Origin: Octopus vulgaris
Lineage: Eukaryota
Direction of reading: 5' to 3'
Length of the DNA stretch: 64,000 bases
Assembly: GCA_951406725.2 (NCBI GenBank)
Contig: OX597825.1
Span: 11,904,001 to 11,968,000, forward strand
The position numbers and the translations under genes are program-made. Under the pieces are notes generated by a model. That model saw only the letters and a list, made by a program, of their open reading frames with translations. It was not told where the DNA came from and made no database searches. Of this stretch, positions 26,126-41,945 are shown in pieces. Within the stretch, counting starts at the first letter, position 1, and each line of letters begins with the position of its first letter.

Positions 26126-27870
26126 TATATATATAAATATATATATATAAGCAAGAATAAATCTCTGAGCGAGGTATATACCTCACAATATATATATATG
26201 TATATATATATATATGTAAAGTGTACACAACACACGCACACTCAAGCATACACGCGCATATATATATATCCTTGTATACGGACCCACATAACTCGACGTA
26301 TGTATTTTACACGCGTGTTCATATGTATTTCTATGTCGGTATATGCATACACATGCATACTCAAACGCACAGACACGCACACATACGTACATATGTACAC
26401 ACACACACATATATATATATACGAATATATATACATACACACGTCCATACATATATATATATATATATTTATGTATACATACATACATACACACATATAT
26501 ATATATATATACACACATATACATGACATCTATAAATTTTTATATATGCACGCGCATACACATGTGTATACGAGTGTGTCCGTCTTAATGTATGTATAGT
26601 AATTCGTGTCTAATTTAAGAGAAAGTTAAAGAAATGAAAAAAGGAAAAATGAAGGAAAAAGAATTGTCAGAAAAAGACTATGTATAGTATATCTTCTCTT
26701 TGAAAACCGCCTAAGAAAATACACCCCCGGCCTATACCCCGCCTTCAACGCTTTATCTGTAAGTGTGTGCGTGCGACATTTGTATTGAAGACTCGACTTT
26801 CGTTGCTGAAAACTTCGATCTGCAATTTATCATATCTTCTGGGTGAAAACCTTTAGGCTACGATTGTTATTAACACTAATCAAATACAATCGGAACCAAC
26901 TGGCGTCAGTCGAGGCCGTTATCAATGGAAAACCGAGGACTGATGTCTGGAGCCGAATGCCTCCTCAACGATGCAGCTCCTAAGTGGAAAGGTTACAACG
27001 ATGCAATCAACGTCAATAAGCAGTTCTGTCGTTAGCTTATTCTACAGGCTTTTCTTCTCTGTTTATACTCTGATGGCGTGACACTACTGAGAAGCCGTGA
27101 AAGAGCTAATTTTTGTTGTTCATTTTATTATTTTTTTTTGTTACTTTTTTTTTCAAACTTTCAGAGAAAACAGGATGTGTGAATGAATCTCCTTGAATTC
27201 CAAACTGAATGAGAAAATGGCAAAGAAGATCAATGAAAGAGAGAAGACGACGTAGTGGATAGGGAATAAAAGTCCCAAAATAAAGAACTAAAACAAACCA
27301 AAGAAACGAAATAAGACAATTAAAAAGATCAATATATTAAAGATAAAAAGAAACCAAAAAAACAAAAACAAAAAACAAAAAATAAGAAAAAGGCCAATCG
27401 AAGATCGCTACTGACACATATGAATACTATCTAATTAGGTTGTAGATGTTGGAGGAAGAATAGCCGATTTATTTTCTGAAATTCTTCAAACTTTTACCGA
27501 GTTAATAACGTTTATTTGCTGTAGAAAAATTTCTAGTTTAGTCATAAAGAGAAAATATAAAACAACTCTTCAATAAAAATATTTTAGAAGTACGTGTATA
27601 TAAACGTCTGAGTATATATGCTTATGTGCTTGTGTATTATGTGCATATACGCATACATCCATGGATGCATGCGTAAACACATAGTGAGAGACACACACAC
27701 ATACACACACACACATATATATACACACAGACACATAAATACACATGTGGGATGAGACTGCGCGTGTACGTGTATATAGAATTGCATTTATACATACATA
27801 CATGTACATTTATATATAAGTATATATTTATATTTTTTATAATGCATAAACATGTCTATATATTTATATA

Positions 27871-27956
<86 letters not shown>

Positions 27957-29115
27957 ATATATATATATATATATGTGTGTGTGTATATGTGTGTAGTGCA
28001 GTGTGTATGTGCGTATAGGTCTTCTATAAATATCTGAATATACGTATAGTCGTCCAATTCGTCCAAAAATATGCTTATCTGTAACTATGTCTTTCTATAT
28101 GAATTTATTTAGTTACATTTTTATATAGATACATATAGGGATACATACATAATTATAAATATAGTTGTATAGGATTCATTCCAGGGTGTTACAAGTTCAG
28201 AAGTAGCTATGTCCGACCGCTTAGAATAAGGAACTCAAAATTAAGTTGGTAAATGAATAAAAATATTTTATCAATATTAGTTGGTCCGGCGAAATATATT
28301 TTGTAGGACGAGCGATTCTGGATTAAATATTTTTGTTTATGATCACATCCATACGTATATGTGTATATATGCGCGCGACGCAAACGTTTCGTATGAAGGG
28401 ATATATATGGTGTTTCTTTCGCCTTTACGTTTTCAGTTCAAAATTCCGGCGAGGCCGATTTTGCCTTCCAATGTTTCTGGGTCGGAAAACTAAGTATAAT
28501 TTGATTACTGGCGTCAATGTAATGGACTAGCCCTCTCCCGGAAGTTGCTTCCTAACCACATGGTTCCTAGTTCAGTCCCACTGCGTTGTACGTTCGGCAA
28601 GTGTCTTCTACTATAGCCTCGGGCCTACCAAAACCTTGGAAGAGCATATATATATATACATGTCATTCCCGTTCTATAGACATAAAGTAAGTCTAGTGAC
28701 CATGCTGGAGCACCGCTTTAAACGGTTTTAGTGAAAACATCGGCCGAAGGACCTATTCTTGGCGAGCTTTGCACTTTTTCTATTGATCTCTCTTGCCGAA
28801 CCGCTGCCTTACAAGGACGTAAACACACCAACATCGGTTGTCAAGCGATGGTGGTGGGAGACAATCAGAGATATAAATATATACATATACACATCCGACA
28901 GGCTTTTTTCAGTTTCCGTCCAACAAATCAACTCAAAACAATTTTGTCGCCCCAGGTAATAGCAGAAGACAATTGCGCACTGCGTGAAATATTGAACCCG
29001 GAACCAGGTTGTTGGGAAAGAAGCTTGTTACCACATACCCATGCCAGATTTTATAAATCTTTATCCATGTGTCAATTTACATCACTCTGATTATGTATCC
29101 GTGCTCTCCTATATA

Positions 29116-29524
29116 TACTCTTTACTCTCTCTTTTACTCTTTTACTTGTTTCAGTCATTTGACTGCGGCCATGCTGGAGCACCGCCTTTAATCGAGCAAC
29201 TCGACCCCGGAACTTATTCTTTTGTAAGCCCAGTACTTATTCTATCGGTCTCGTTTTGCCGAACCGCTAAGTAACGGGGACATAAACACACCAGCATCGG
29301 TTGTCAAGCGATGTTGGGGGGACAAACACAGACACACAAACACACACACATACATATATGCGACGAGCTTCTTTCAGTTTCCGTCTACCAAATCCACTCA
29401 CAAGGCTTTGGTCGGCCCGAGGATATAGTAGAAGACACTTGCCCAAGGTGCCGCGCAGTGGGACTGAACCCGGAACCATGTGGTTTGTTGACAAGCTACT
29501 TACCACACAGCCACTCCTGCGCCT
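29116..29524 (-). mobile_element. Family-1 SINE, full length
   Basis: Reverse complement begins aggcgcaggagtggctgtgtggtaagtag (A box) and has the same body as 23321. Confidence 0.9.
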
Positions 29525-30499
29525 ATAACAATATACATGATTTATTTTCTTAAGATTTATTATATAACACATTTGATACAATCTACTTCAACCCTTTTCC
29601 CGAAACTCAATAGTCAAATCATCCCAAACCTTTTAAATTTTGGGATCAATCATTTTCGGATTTAAAATATTTCTCCTGTTTCTTTTTTTTTCGCTTATTT
29701 TTCTTATTAAATCCTCCTATTTATTTATTTCCCCTCTCTGCCCGTGTCTACCCCTCTCTCATTCACTATGAGCGAATTTCTGCACATCACCTAAATTTTC
29801 TTTTTCTATGATATATCTTCAAATAGATGCAATCGTTTTGTATTCGGTGTATAAATATGCGCGTGATTATACGTATTTCCGAGTTCATACGCTTCTGATT
29901 AATGACAATATTTCGTAAATTATAAGAGCAGAAATATTTGATGCAGAAAACGAATTATGTGTTCTTGCATTTTTGTAAAGAGTAAATTTATATGTTTATT
30001 TTACATACAAAATATTGATGGGAAAATGCAGCATCAGGTATATTTAATTCAGAATGTTCTCGGATTAGGAAAAATATTTCATCTAATATTATTTTAATAT
30101 AGTGTAAATTACATTAGTTTTCAAATGTAAACATGTGACATGCGTTTTTCCAATATGTAGCTGAAATATCAATGTTGTGTAGAAATTAGCTTCCTCAAAT
30201 TTTCATTTCTTGCTTTATAGATTTGTTTAAAATAATATGGATTTGCAGGATGTTTCGTTGCTGTGCTTTTTTGTTCCACTTCAATAACGGTCCTCAGTAC
30301 ACTTCAGCGGTTTTTTTCCTGGATGCAGATAGCATTTTGATATGTTGTTTTAGGTATCTCTCACTCATACATACGCACAAACATCCACATATGTTGTGCG
30401 TATATGTGAATGTATGTCTGCGTGTGCATGTATGAATTCATCTATGCAGTTCCACGGTCCTCAGAAGTTCCAGAATTCGAATTGAGCATAAAGCTCTAT

Positions 30500-30838
30500 T
30501 CAAAGATGAGGGTGCGAAACCCGGCGTGCAGACGCAGTCAGAACGACTTCTATATACATTCCTCCTAGCTATGGCTTCGTCGCCTCTGCTGCAGTTGTCC
30601 ATGTTGCTTCTTATAGCCTTTAGAGAGTGTCGGCATTTAGATGCCTGTAGACAATCATCATAATACAGGTAAATCTTTGCCAGTATCTAGATGGTTTCCA
30701 GTCCTTCATGTCAGCTGATGTTTTCTCAGCTACGACTGAATTATTCTCCAACGTCTTTGAATTCTAAAATACATCATGCTGTTCCTGAAAAGAGAAGGAA
30801 CCATAAATAATCGACAACTTTAGCCTGAATACCCTGTA
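30500..30838 (-). mobile_element. Tc1/mariner-superfamily transposon 5' end with N-terminal transposase relic
   Basis: Starts TACAGGGTATTCAG (TIR-like); broken translation MKDWKPSRYWQR...KAIRSNMDNCSRGDEAIARRNVYRSRSDCVCTPGF resembles the HTH/linker (RSD..RTPEF) of Tc1-like transposases. Confidence 0.6.
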
Positions 30839-32289
30839 TATATTTGTATGTATGTACCTACTAATGTATATATATAAATATGTGCACGCATGTATGTATG
30901 TATGTATGTATGTATGTATGCATGTTGGTATGTATGTATGTATGTATGTATGTATGTATGTATGTATGTATCTAAATATAATATCCAGTCAATAAATATA
31001 AACCTGATTTTAAATCCCTATAAGACCTTGTGCGGATTTATATCAGCAAACGATTCAAACATTATCAGCCAAGTGTCCAATTTCTGCTGACAGGACCTTG
31101 TCACATTCCCGGTTAGAAACAACACGAACCAATGATTGGTTACTTGGAAACTATCGCTAATGCTGCTATTCTCTAGAAATAGTTACCTAGATAAATACCG
31201 ATTCTGAATCAAATGCATTTACATATTTACCTATATTAATGCTTTCATTATGACCAATGTAATACCCGACGGATTCAATCCATTTAAAAAAAAATATATT
31301 TGTTTCGGTATCTCTTTCAAAACTCAATATTTTTTGAAAGACACCCGTTAATTATATTAGTTGAACTGTATGTGCTCTTTTAAAGAAGGCACGTTTAATG
31401 AAGTTGCATTATTCACAACAATTTTACTTAGCCTTATTGTATTTAGAACTAAAATATTTGCTTTAAATGTACTCAGATAGCTAATAGTATATGATACAAC
31501 CATGACGTAACGGCAGAAATCTTATTAGATTAACAATAGGTTTATAATAAATACCGCATCATGTACAATCTTACATATAAAAAACATGATTTTGTCTTAT
31601 ATTCCCTTAACTTCGAAATTATTTCCATAACTTATTTATCTCGTTAGTACCATATACCGGCATCTTCAAGATGTTTCACGGATATAATTTCAATATATAT
31701 TCATAAGAATTAACATAATCTATTTGCAACATTATAGAATTATATTTTCTTACGTCGGTAGACTGTAATTTTACTTTATCCAATTAGTTTATCCTATTTT
31801 ATTCGGAGATTAATTTGAGATGATGCTGAGAATTTTATTTTATGTGTATTGTAATGAAGTAATACTAATGAAGCATTATATTTGAAGTATATATATTTTT
31901 TATCTCACAAGCTTTCATTCAGTAGATAACTGTGTTTAAAAAGCTGATCTCATGAATTATTCTTCAATTCAGAAGCAAAACTGCGAAATCGGCTTGCAGA
32001 ATAGCAAAATAATGGTATAGTTGCATTCTCTTTTAGTGTTGTTAGGAGGTCACAGGTCAGCCCCGAATCTTTGAATCTTGTTTAACTCATAAACGGCAGG
32101 AAATGGTTTAATGTTGGACAAAAACAATGCAGTCCCCAAACAAAAATGTAGCCAATGTTTCTTAAGGGTACTTTATATAGTTACCTTTACTTCAAATAAT
32201 TACAAAAAACTATAATAATTGTTAGCTTTTTCCACAATTAAATTTACAATTCATTATCAAAATGTGACATAAAATATTCACTTTCCTTT

Positions 32290-32700
32290 GATGATGAACG
32301 CATCCATCCAAAATGTTTGAAAGGATGATGTGCGCTGTTCTACATTGAAACATGCACCAACTGATAATGTCCGCAATTTAAGGGTTAACATGTGACCACC
32401 AAATTTGATTTTTAGACATAATGTCTCCCCTAGCTTTAAGATGATTAGGTGTGATTAAAACGACATTTTCCTGCTCTGCAAAATATGATGCGGTAAAGTA
32501 GAGGCGCATCTCTTAAAAGACTTTGACAGAGATGCTGGTTGGTTCAATTTGTATTCTTACTGATAAGTTTGATTAAATGCCAAAGTTATCAGAAATGAAA
32601 GTATATTTCCAAAATACTTCTCTTTCACTAGAAAATGTTGCCCGCAATGAAATGATAAATGACAACCTCATCATGCAATACTTTTAAGCACCAATACAGC
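32290..32700 (-). mobile_element. Possible highly decayed hAT (Buster/Charlie-like) transposase C-terminus
   Basis: VKVF*EMRLYFTASYFAEQ loosely resembles the FPSSYLVERGFS dimerisation-domain motif; many stops. Confidence 0.3.
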
Positions 32701-33100
32701 AGTTGTCGTTTTGATAATATTTTAATTGCAGGAAGGTGACAGATGATGAATACGTCTGCTAATATTGCTAATGCTTGCTATAAGCAATAAGTAGATTACT
32801 ATTTGAATAAATTTTTAACGAATAAATTCCTGTCGATTGTATATGATTCACGCATTTAATGATTCTTCCTTCGCCAATTTCTACTTACGTATTTCCAAGA
32901 ATATCGCTAACAACTGATTTATATATAAATATATATATATATATATTGCTTTCAACTTGATTGTTAAAAATGCCGATAATTCGCGCTAAAGTAATGTATA
33001 TTAAGCATGGATATACGGTATACTATATACACATAAATACACACATTCGCACACTGACACAGACGTATGTATGTATGTATACATATACATACATACATAT

Positions 33101-33205
<105 letters not shown>

Positions 33206-33986
33206 TACGTATGCACTTATATATATACACTCCTTCTCAAATACACATGCTCCGTGATCAGCACAATTCAGAGTGATGACTCACATAATTAATCTTTATA
33301 CATTCCATTAAATTCGAACGTAAATATGCTAGTTATTTTGTTGATGAACAGGTCGCAGTCTCAAAGTGACGTAAATATTTCAACAAATTAAATTTAAATG
33401 TTGAAGTGAATCTAACGGATTTTGTGTGTTTCTTAAATGGCTTATAAACACCTTCCACGCTGCGATTGTTTTCGTGCCATCACATGATCTCAGATCAGGT
33501 TATTTGCTATGCAAGTACATCTCCGTAATCCCGAAAGCTTGAGCTAGGCTACCAAAACTCTGAGGAAAGCCGTTACTTGTTGCTTGAGAAAAATAAGAGC
33601 TAAGCAACAGCTCTTGAAAAATATTTTAACATTTAGAGATATAAGTTTCAAGGCGGGAATTTTATTAAAGTATTTACATGTCAGAAAACATTTACAGAAT
33701 ATTCGTGCATCACTGTCATTCCACGATATCAAGGTGGTTTCTTTACATGTCTCAGGAATATACTACGAAGCTTACCAGAAATGATGTTTCTTGGTAGACG
33801 AGGTAGAGTGGAATATTAATTTGAATCATACTGAATACTTACATTCTCCAAGGAATTTATGGACCATCTCTGTCATCCTTAACTCTACCTATTTACCATC
33901 AGACCCTCAACAAAATTGGCATAACCATACTAAGGCAGCACGCGAGAAACTCCGAATACCAGATCGACCATACGATGTATCTTATC

Positions 33987-34017
<31 letters not shown>

Positions 34018-34140
34018 CATACATACATACACACACACATACATACATACATACATGCATACATGCATACATACATACATACATACATGCATACATGCAT
34101 ACATGCATACATGCATACATACATACATAAATACACACAT

Positions 34141-34188
<48 letters not shown>

Positions 34189-34266
34189 AATGCAGTAAAT
34201 AAAGTTGTTATTGCTGCTCATGTTATGTGAATTGTTATTACGCAGACACACACAACCAAACAATGC

Positions 34267-34371
<105 letters not shown>

Positions 34372-35261
34372 CTTTTATATACATGAGTATGTATATGTAT
34401 GTATATGAGTGCTTTTGTATACATGTTTCCGTGTTTCTATTTGTTTATGTGTTTTGTTAATATGTTAGTTTGGAGTCCATTTTGTTTCAGTTTTCTCAAG
34501 TGAAATAACTTCACCATAATCCTAGAGATAACTGCAATTGCGTGATATGTGCTTGTATGTGTGTGTGTGTCTGTGTGCGTGTGTGTGTGTGAGTGCAGTG
34601 AGCGTGCGTATGCGTTTGTCTGTATTGCGTTTGTGCGTTTCTACGTGTGTGTGAATGCCTGTGTTCGTGTGTTTGTGTATATATCCATATCCATATATGT
34701 CTACATGTCTGCATGTACATGTGTATGTTAAATGGAAAAATGAAAGACATTTTAAATAAATCTTAAAAAGTCTCACAACTTTTACAGATTTCGCCTATCA
34801 GTTAGTGAAGATTATAAGAGTTCGTTTTACTGCATTTTTGAATAGAAAATCTAATACGTGAAAAACTCAATCTTAAGCTTAAGCAATGATGGCAGTAATT
34901 ATATAATAACAAGTTAACAATTTTTATTTCCGAAATTATAATTATCGTTTCAATTTTAACGGTTATTGTTGTTTTTATAGAATAAATATATATCATTGAT
35001 ATAAGTTTTCTACTTCACCATTTTTATTTTATTTTATAATTTGTTAAATTAAATATTTCGTTTCTTTTTTTCTCTTTCTTCTCGATGGTATGTGTTTGCT
35101 CGGATTTTCTTTACGGGCAAAACATTGGAAATAAAATATAAAAGAAAGCAGGTTTTGATATTTACGCAACTGCATGAAATAGAGATAAAATTAAATATGC
35201 CTATACTTTCACATACATATTTCCAAGCACATACAGACATGCCTATGTGTATGTGCGTGTG

Positions 35262-35306
<45 letters not shown>

Positions 35307-35407
35307 ATATGTTAGTATATGTGTGTGCATATATATATTTATTGTATATACATATATATATGCATGTAAGTATATATGTGTGCATATATATATATTTATT
35401 ATATATA

Positions 35408-35452
<45 letters not shown>

Positions 35453-36387
35453 CATATATATATTTATTATATATATATATATATAAATATATATATATTT
35501 ATATATATATATATACATATATATATTATATGCATATATATTTTATATTTATATATATATTATATATATACTATATATAAATTTTATATATACATATATG
35601 TATATATATATGTGTGTGTGCGTGCCTATATATATGTATTCATGTAGCGTTCTAGCGTTTAGCGTTCTCATACATACATCTACACACAGATGCATGCATA
35701 TATATATGTGTGTGTGTATAGTTATCGTAATATATACATAGTTATAGTTGAACTTTATGTGTATTATTATTTAAATGTATATATATATATATATATATAG
35801 TGTATATGGAGAATTGGAGTTATTTTGGATTCATGTTTTTCAATATTTAAAGAATTTTTCTACTATAATATAGGAAATAGAGATACATGAATTAAATACA
35901 TATTAGAAAAAAAATTACCTGATCGTCTTCTCATCATCAGATGTTATTTTATATGTCATTGATATAAGTGCTGTAGATAGTGAATAAAGTATATCCTTTA
36001 ATAACTATTTTGTGCATAGTGAATATTTTGAATGTTAAAGTTTTTGTTATGGATTTTAGTTAGCGTTGTCAGTTGAAATTGACTTTATATACTATAAAAG
36101 AGCGATGAAATCCGTAGAACTGAATCACGGCATCATGAATTTGTTCAATATAAATACATTATTACTACTGGCGATGGACGTCCGTTGATCGACGATGAGG
36201 GTTCGGTTGTTTAATCAACTAAATATCTTGCTAGTTAGTAACTTGTAAGAAACTGAGTATTTCACGAACGCATGTATTCTTAACGGTATACTCAGCCGTG
36301 TTTCAAGACCACCTTTCACATTTTCGATAAAATTCCTCCTGGGTTTCTATACATTTTCTGTCAACCAAATTCCAATCACAGGATATA

Positions 36388-36824
36388 ATTAAATTCTTTA
36401 TTGCCCAGAAGGGGCTAAACAAAGAGGGGACAAACAAGGACAGACAAATGGATTAAGTCGATTATATCGACCCCAGTGCGTGACTGGTACTTATTTAATA
36501 GACCCCGAAAGGATGAAAGGCAAATTTAACCTCGACAGAATTTGAACTCAGAACGTAGCGGCAGGTGAAATACCTATTTCTTTTCTACCCACGAGGGGAT
36601 AAACACAGAGAGGACAAACAAGGACAGACGAACGGAGTTAGTCGATTATATCGACCCCAGTGCGTAACTGGTACTTATTTAATCGATCCCGAAAGGATGA
36701 AAGGCAAGGTCGACCACGGCGGGATTTGAACTCAGAACGTAGCGGCGGACGAAATACCGCTAAGTATTTTGCCCGGCGTCCTAACATTTCTGCCAGCTCA
36801 CTGCCTTCTACAAGCTCGCCGCCT
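36388..36824 (-). mobile_element. Dimeric Nin-domain SINE (family 3) with 18-bp TSD
   Basis: TSD ttccaatcacaggatata at 36370-36387 and 36825-36842; same dimer as 23843-24258; the 5' head is partly duplicated. Confidence 0.92.
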
Positions 36825-37070
36825 TTCCAATCACAGGATATAGGCCGTAACTTTATGCCCTGCATTTCACACAGATGGATCGAGACCAGTTACACGTGGT
36901 CACGAGACATATTTCTGAAATATTCAACCATACTTCACCTATACTTTTTATTACTATATGGTAGATATAAGCCATTAGCTGTATAGGTATGACAAACGAA
37001 CTGGAAATAAATGAAAAGATGGCTAAAAAGTGAGAAGATGTTTCGATATTCGATTCTAAGCATAACTACG

Positions 37071-37169
37071 TGTAGTCACACATTGCTGTAGTCACACATT
37101 GCTGTAGTCACACATTGCTGTAGTCACACATTGCTGTAGTCACACATTGCTGTAGTCACACATTGCTGT
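37071..37169. repeat. Minisatellite: 6 perfect copies of 16-bp TGTAGTCACACATTGC
   Basis: Read directly; no spacers between units. Confidence 0.97.
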
Positions 37170-38009
37170 TGTAAGTTAAGTCACTACAACAAATTTTGAT
37201 AAGTTATTGTATATCGTTGTTTTAAAACTGATGTGATACGGATTCTACTTATAATCAATTCTAAATATAGTTGATAAATATATTCGGATGGGACCCCTCC
37301 CCCATGTAGAACTTTGATTTAATCATGCTCGACTAAAACACTCCTGTTTCCTTATATATCTCTCTCTATATAAACGGCAGTTTGTCTGTGCGTGTTTCTG
37401 TGTGTCTGTTTGCGTGCGTATGCGTGTGTGTAAATTGCGCACCTGTAATGCGCCAATTCAATATACTAAACATTCAATTGTCTTTAATTTAATGCTCTGC
37501 GTTCAGATTTGACATTGCATGTAATTGATCTTAACTTTTATGAATGCTCATTTATCCTTTAACAGGATTTGTTTTTTCCAGGTTTGATAATTGCATTTAA
37601 AGCAGTCTTACTTGGCAATTTTCGATATTTCTAATAAGTATTTAACTTCACACACGAACATATATAACAATATAAACATATGAAATAACGTAAACGCATA
37701 AAATGTGGAGTATGTAAGAGAATGCAATGATCAGGTGAAATCATTAAATTCATTGTTATGTTCAAATTTTTAGTTTTTGTATACGAGAAATCGTAAGTAA
37801 TTATCTATGCATCGGTGGAGATAAACAATTATACTCCCTGGAGAGCTTTGAGTGTAATCACAGACAGGTGCACACACATACATACATGCATAGATACACA
37901 CATACACACATATTCATAGGTATATATCTGTAATAATTATATGCATATACATGTGCGTGCGTGCCTATGTATGAATTTGTTTACATATACAGGCATGCAT
38001 ACATACATT

Positions 38010-38360
38010 TATACACTGCTTAAATATAATATCAATCTTGAGAAATTAGGCTTCTCGAAACCAAGAAGGAAAAAGCAGATTCGAAGACTATAGATCCAGT
38101 CCATCACTGGATCTGTAAAAATCTGTAAAACTTTCCAGAAGATTATCATTTAAATATATATGAGCATGTCTAGATATGCAACTATATGTATAAGAAGACA
38201 TACGTAATACGAAACATACAAATCTGCGCGTATACATACAGAAATACTTTTTCGTTGATGGTGATATTCCAATGAAAGAGCCTTGGATATAGGTTAGGAA
38301 GTAGCTCTTTCTCTATTGGGAAGAAATCTTGAAATAAAACTCAATAATGGCATACATACA
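38010..38360 (+). mobile_element. Second copy of the (TACA)n-associated RLE LINE 3' end
   Basis: NLEKLGFSKPRRKKQIRRL*IQSITGSVKICKTFQK; gcatacataca on both flanks (37997-38007 and 38350-38360). Confidence 0.7.
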
Positions 38361-39683
38361 GACAGGCATGTATATATACATGCATACATACAAACATATA
38401 CGTATACATACATATATATAGAGACATATTTATTTATACATACACTCACACACACACACACACACACAAATCAAACGCATATATATATATATGGAGAGAG
38501 AGAGAGAGACAAGGAAGGCTTGCCATCCATATGGTTCCGAGGTATAGTCCCATTGCAAAGCATCTTGGTTACCTGTCTTCTACTATATCATCGGGACGAC
38601 CAAATCCTTTTCATTGGATTTAATCTACGGAAACTGAAAGAAGCTCGTCGTATATGCATGTATCTCTGTGTGTCTTTGTGTTTGTGCTTATCACATATCA
38701 CCGCTCGACAACAGGGGGTTGGTGAGCTAACTGGAAAGAGACAGATAAAAAGACTACCAAGGCATTGCTGCGGCATGGCCGCATTCTAATGACTGACACA
38801 AGTAAAAGATAAAAGATATATCACTAATGTAAATTTATATCCGAAAGCAGTCATGCATTATCAAATATTTATACAAACCTATAATGTGTTACCAATATAT
38901 TTTCTGGAATAACAGCGGTGAACGTCAATTCTTTCATGAAATTTTAATATTTCATACACCTGATATGGAAGTTTCAAAACTATTCTCAGACGAGAAAAGC
39001 TGAGTCCCAACTTGCCAGATATACAGGATGTCACATCATTAAGTAAATTGCTCAGTATATTTTCTAACGCTACACAAACGATTTAAAAATCCTAATCGAT
39101 AAAAATTATTAAGTATAACTGATCGATAAAATCGACTATTCCTTTCTCATCGATTTAAAATCTCACGCGTCTGTGAAACTCAGTGTTCATCTATTTAAAT
39201 TTTTAAAACGAATGCGAATGTTAATGTAGATTGCCTATGTTATAAAATATGTCTCTTGTTTGGATGTATACGCAAGATGATACTATAAAACTACGGTGTG
39301 TGATAAAGGATAATTAACAATTTTGATTATCAGTCATGCAGTATGTTTATATAACGATATAAAAGAAAATTCCGGGAAGTTATATGATACAGAGGATTAT
39401 GTACAGAAGTTAATACGTTTTTCAGTAATAGACAACGATAGATATTTAAGGATAGAGATAGCGTGAGAGTGAGTGGAAGGGAGGGAGAAAATGTGTATTA
39501 GAGAGAAACAGGAATGGAAAGAGCGAAAGCAAGTGAGAATTGGTGAGAAATGACGAACGTGTAAAAGAAATGCAAGAAAAGTTAGCGCGCCGCGTGAAAT
39601 ACTTAACGGTATTTCGTCTGTCTTTACGTTCTGATTTCAAATTCCGCCGAGGTGGACTTTGCCTTTCGTATATTTTATATGCG

Positions 39684-40131
<448 letters not shown>

Positions 40132-40519
40132 AAATTAATCGGGATATTGTTGATCTCTATGTTCTGCGAGGAAATTATAACGATTTGCAAAATCCCGCAT
40201 ATACATTTCACAAATCGGTCTGACTGTCTACAGAAACTGCGTCTTTAATTTGCGAGAATATGTGAAGTACTTTTGGTTGACATATATTTTAAAACTTGTA
40301 TCACTTGGGAATTGGTTGTTGTTAGTGTTATTGCAAGATATTGACCGAACATTGGGAAATGTATCCTAACATTTTCTAGGAAAAGTGCTAAGTGGGCTGT
40401 AACTAGAAATTCTGACGTAAGTGTAACTACTACCTGAAGCCAGGTACGATGAACGCACACAGTTATTAATTGCTACTATTGGCTCTGAGAAATATGTTGA
40501 TTCACGGCAGATAATATGC

Positions 40520-40596
<77 letters not shown>

Positions 40597-41136
40597 TATA
40601 TATGGAGAGAGAGATGGATAAACAGAGACGTAGATATACTTTTGTATGTAGCGTACCCATTTATAGTTTTTGCATGCACATACATACCTTGGCAATTATA
40701 TACACCATAGACATCACACTGAGATGAGCGTATGTCATTATCACATTTTCATACACACACACACACATATATAAGCGAATGTACATGCAGGTCCGCACAT
40801 AGAAAAACACAGGCACACAAAAACACATACGCACACATGGTTGCATATTTATAGAATTACATATAAGCCAAGTAGCTTATTTTGATCTAATATATATTTG
40901 TTAGAGTTTGAATACAAATTAATCTACCGCTCTCCTCCATCTTCCCCACTCTCTCCCATTTTCTCCTCTATTCCTCTCTCTATCTATACACACGCAAACA
41001 CTCATATGTATATATATCTATATATAAATATACATACATACATACATACATACAAAATTATATATATATACATATATATATATATACATACATACATATA
41101 TATATATATACATATATATATAAGTATATATATATG

Positions 41137-41259
<123 letters not shown>

Positions 41260-41739
41260 TAATCTCATAGAGAAATAATGAATGAAATAAATGTTACGCT
41301 GATCAGTGAAAACAGTTATTTGACATAAATCTCAAAGAGGAAGTTAGACTGTTTTTCCTATAAACCTAGAAGTACATATATACACGCATTCATAAAAGGA
41401 TTCGTGAATATAGAGATACACATATACATGCATGTGTAAGAGTGTTCGTGCGAAAGAGCGTGTCCATGTGTGTGTGTGTATGTGAATGTCTATGTACTTT
41501 TGAGTATGTATATTATATATATATATATATGCCTCACAGTGTTTTCCTGTGAATCATTGCGGATATGTTTGGTGCTGCATTGGTATGCATGCAGAAATAT
41601 ATTTTTAATGTAAATAAGTAAATATGTGTGTTTCAATATTTATCCTTAATTGCCCTTATTGTTAAAATCAGATAACATTGTTAACTGTTTGATATAACGG
41701 CAATCAGAAAGTAATCGGACGTTATATATAATCTAGTCA

Positions 41740-41945
41740 CAATTTGCTACGTGAACAGAAATCTGCCTTGTAGTTGGCCTTGCTAAAACATTCTAAAAGA
41801 TTTTCCACACAGTTTAAAAATTCACATGCAATATGTTTATTTGAAATATATCGTCTGAGGAAAGTCCTGCAGAAGGAGCACATTTGGTCATAGCTCTCCT
41901 CAATCAGTTCATCCCTGTCTTCAGTCGACAATTTCATCGTAAACA
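41740..41945 (-). mobile_element. Possible Tc1/mariner-like HTH transposase relic
   Basis: MKLSTEDRDELIE...VENLLECFSKANYKADFCSRS loosely resembles LS.EER.EL...V..L..KF..TGSV.D..RS. Confidence 0.3.

Noticed and set aside
30730-30800. Strong minus-strand splice acceptor that would join 50557 in frame to give a 53-aa peptide
   Set aside because: The acceptor lies inside a Tc1/mariner-like 5' end (TACAGGGT TIR plus transposase relic), and an in-frame join has a 1-in-3 chance of occurring at random.
35919-35970. Possible 52-nt minus-strand micro-exon (tctacag|...CAG|gtaatt)
   Set aside because: Only splice-like ends, no recognisable peptide; such pairs are common by chance.
37071-37169. CRISPR-like array
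   Set aside because: Contiguous repeats without spacers, no cas genes, eukaryotic context.
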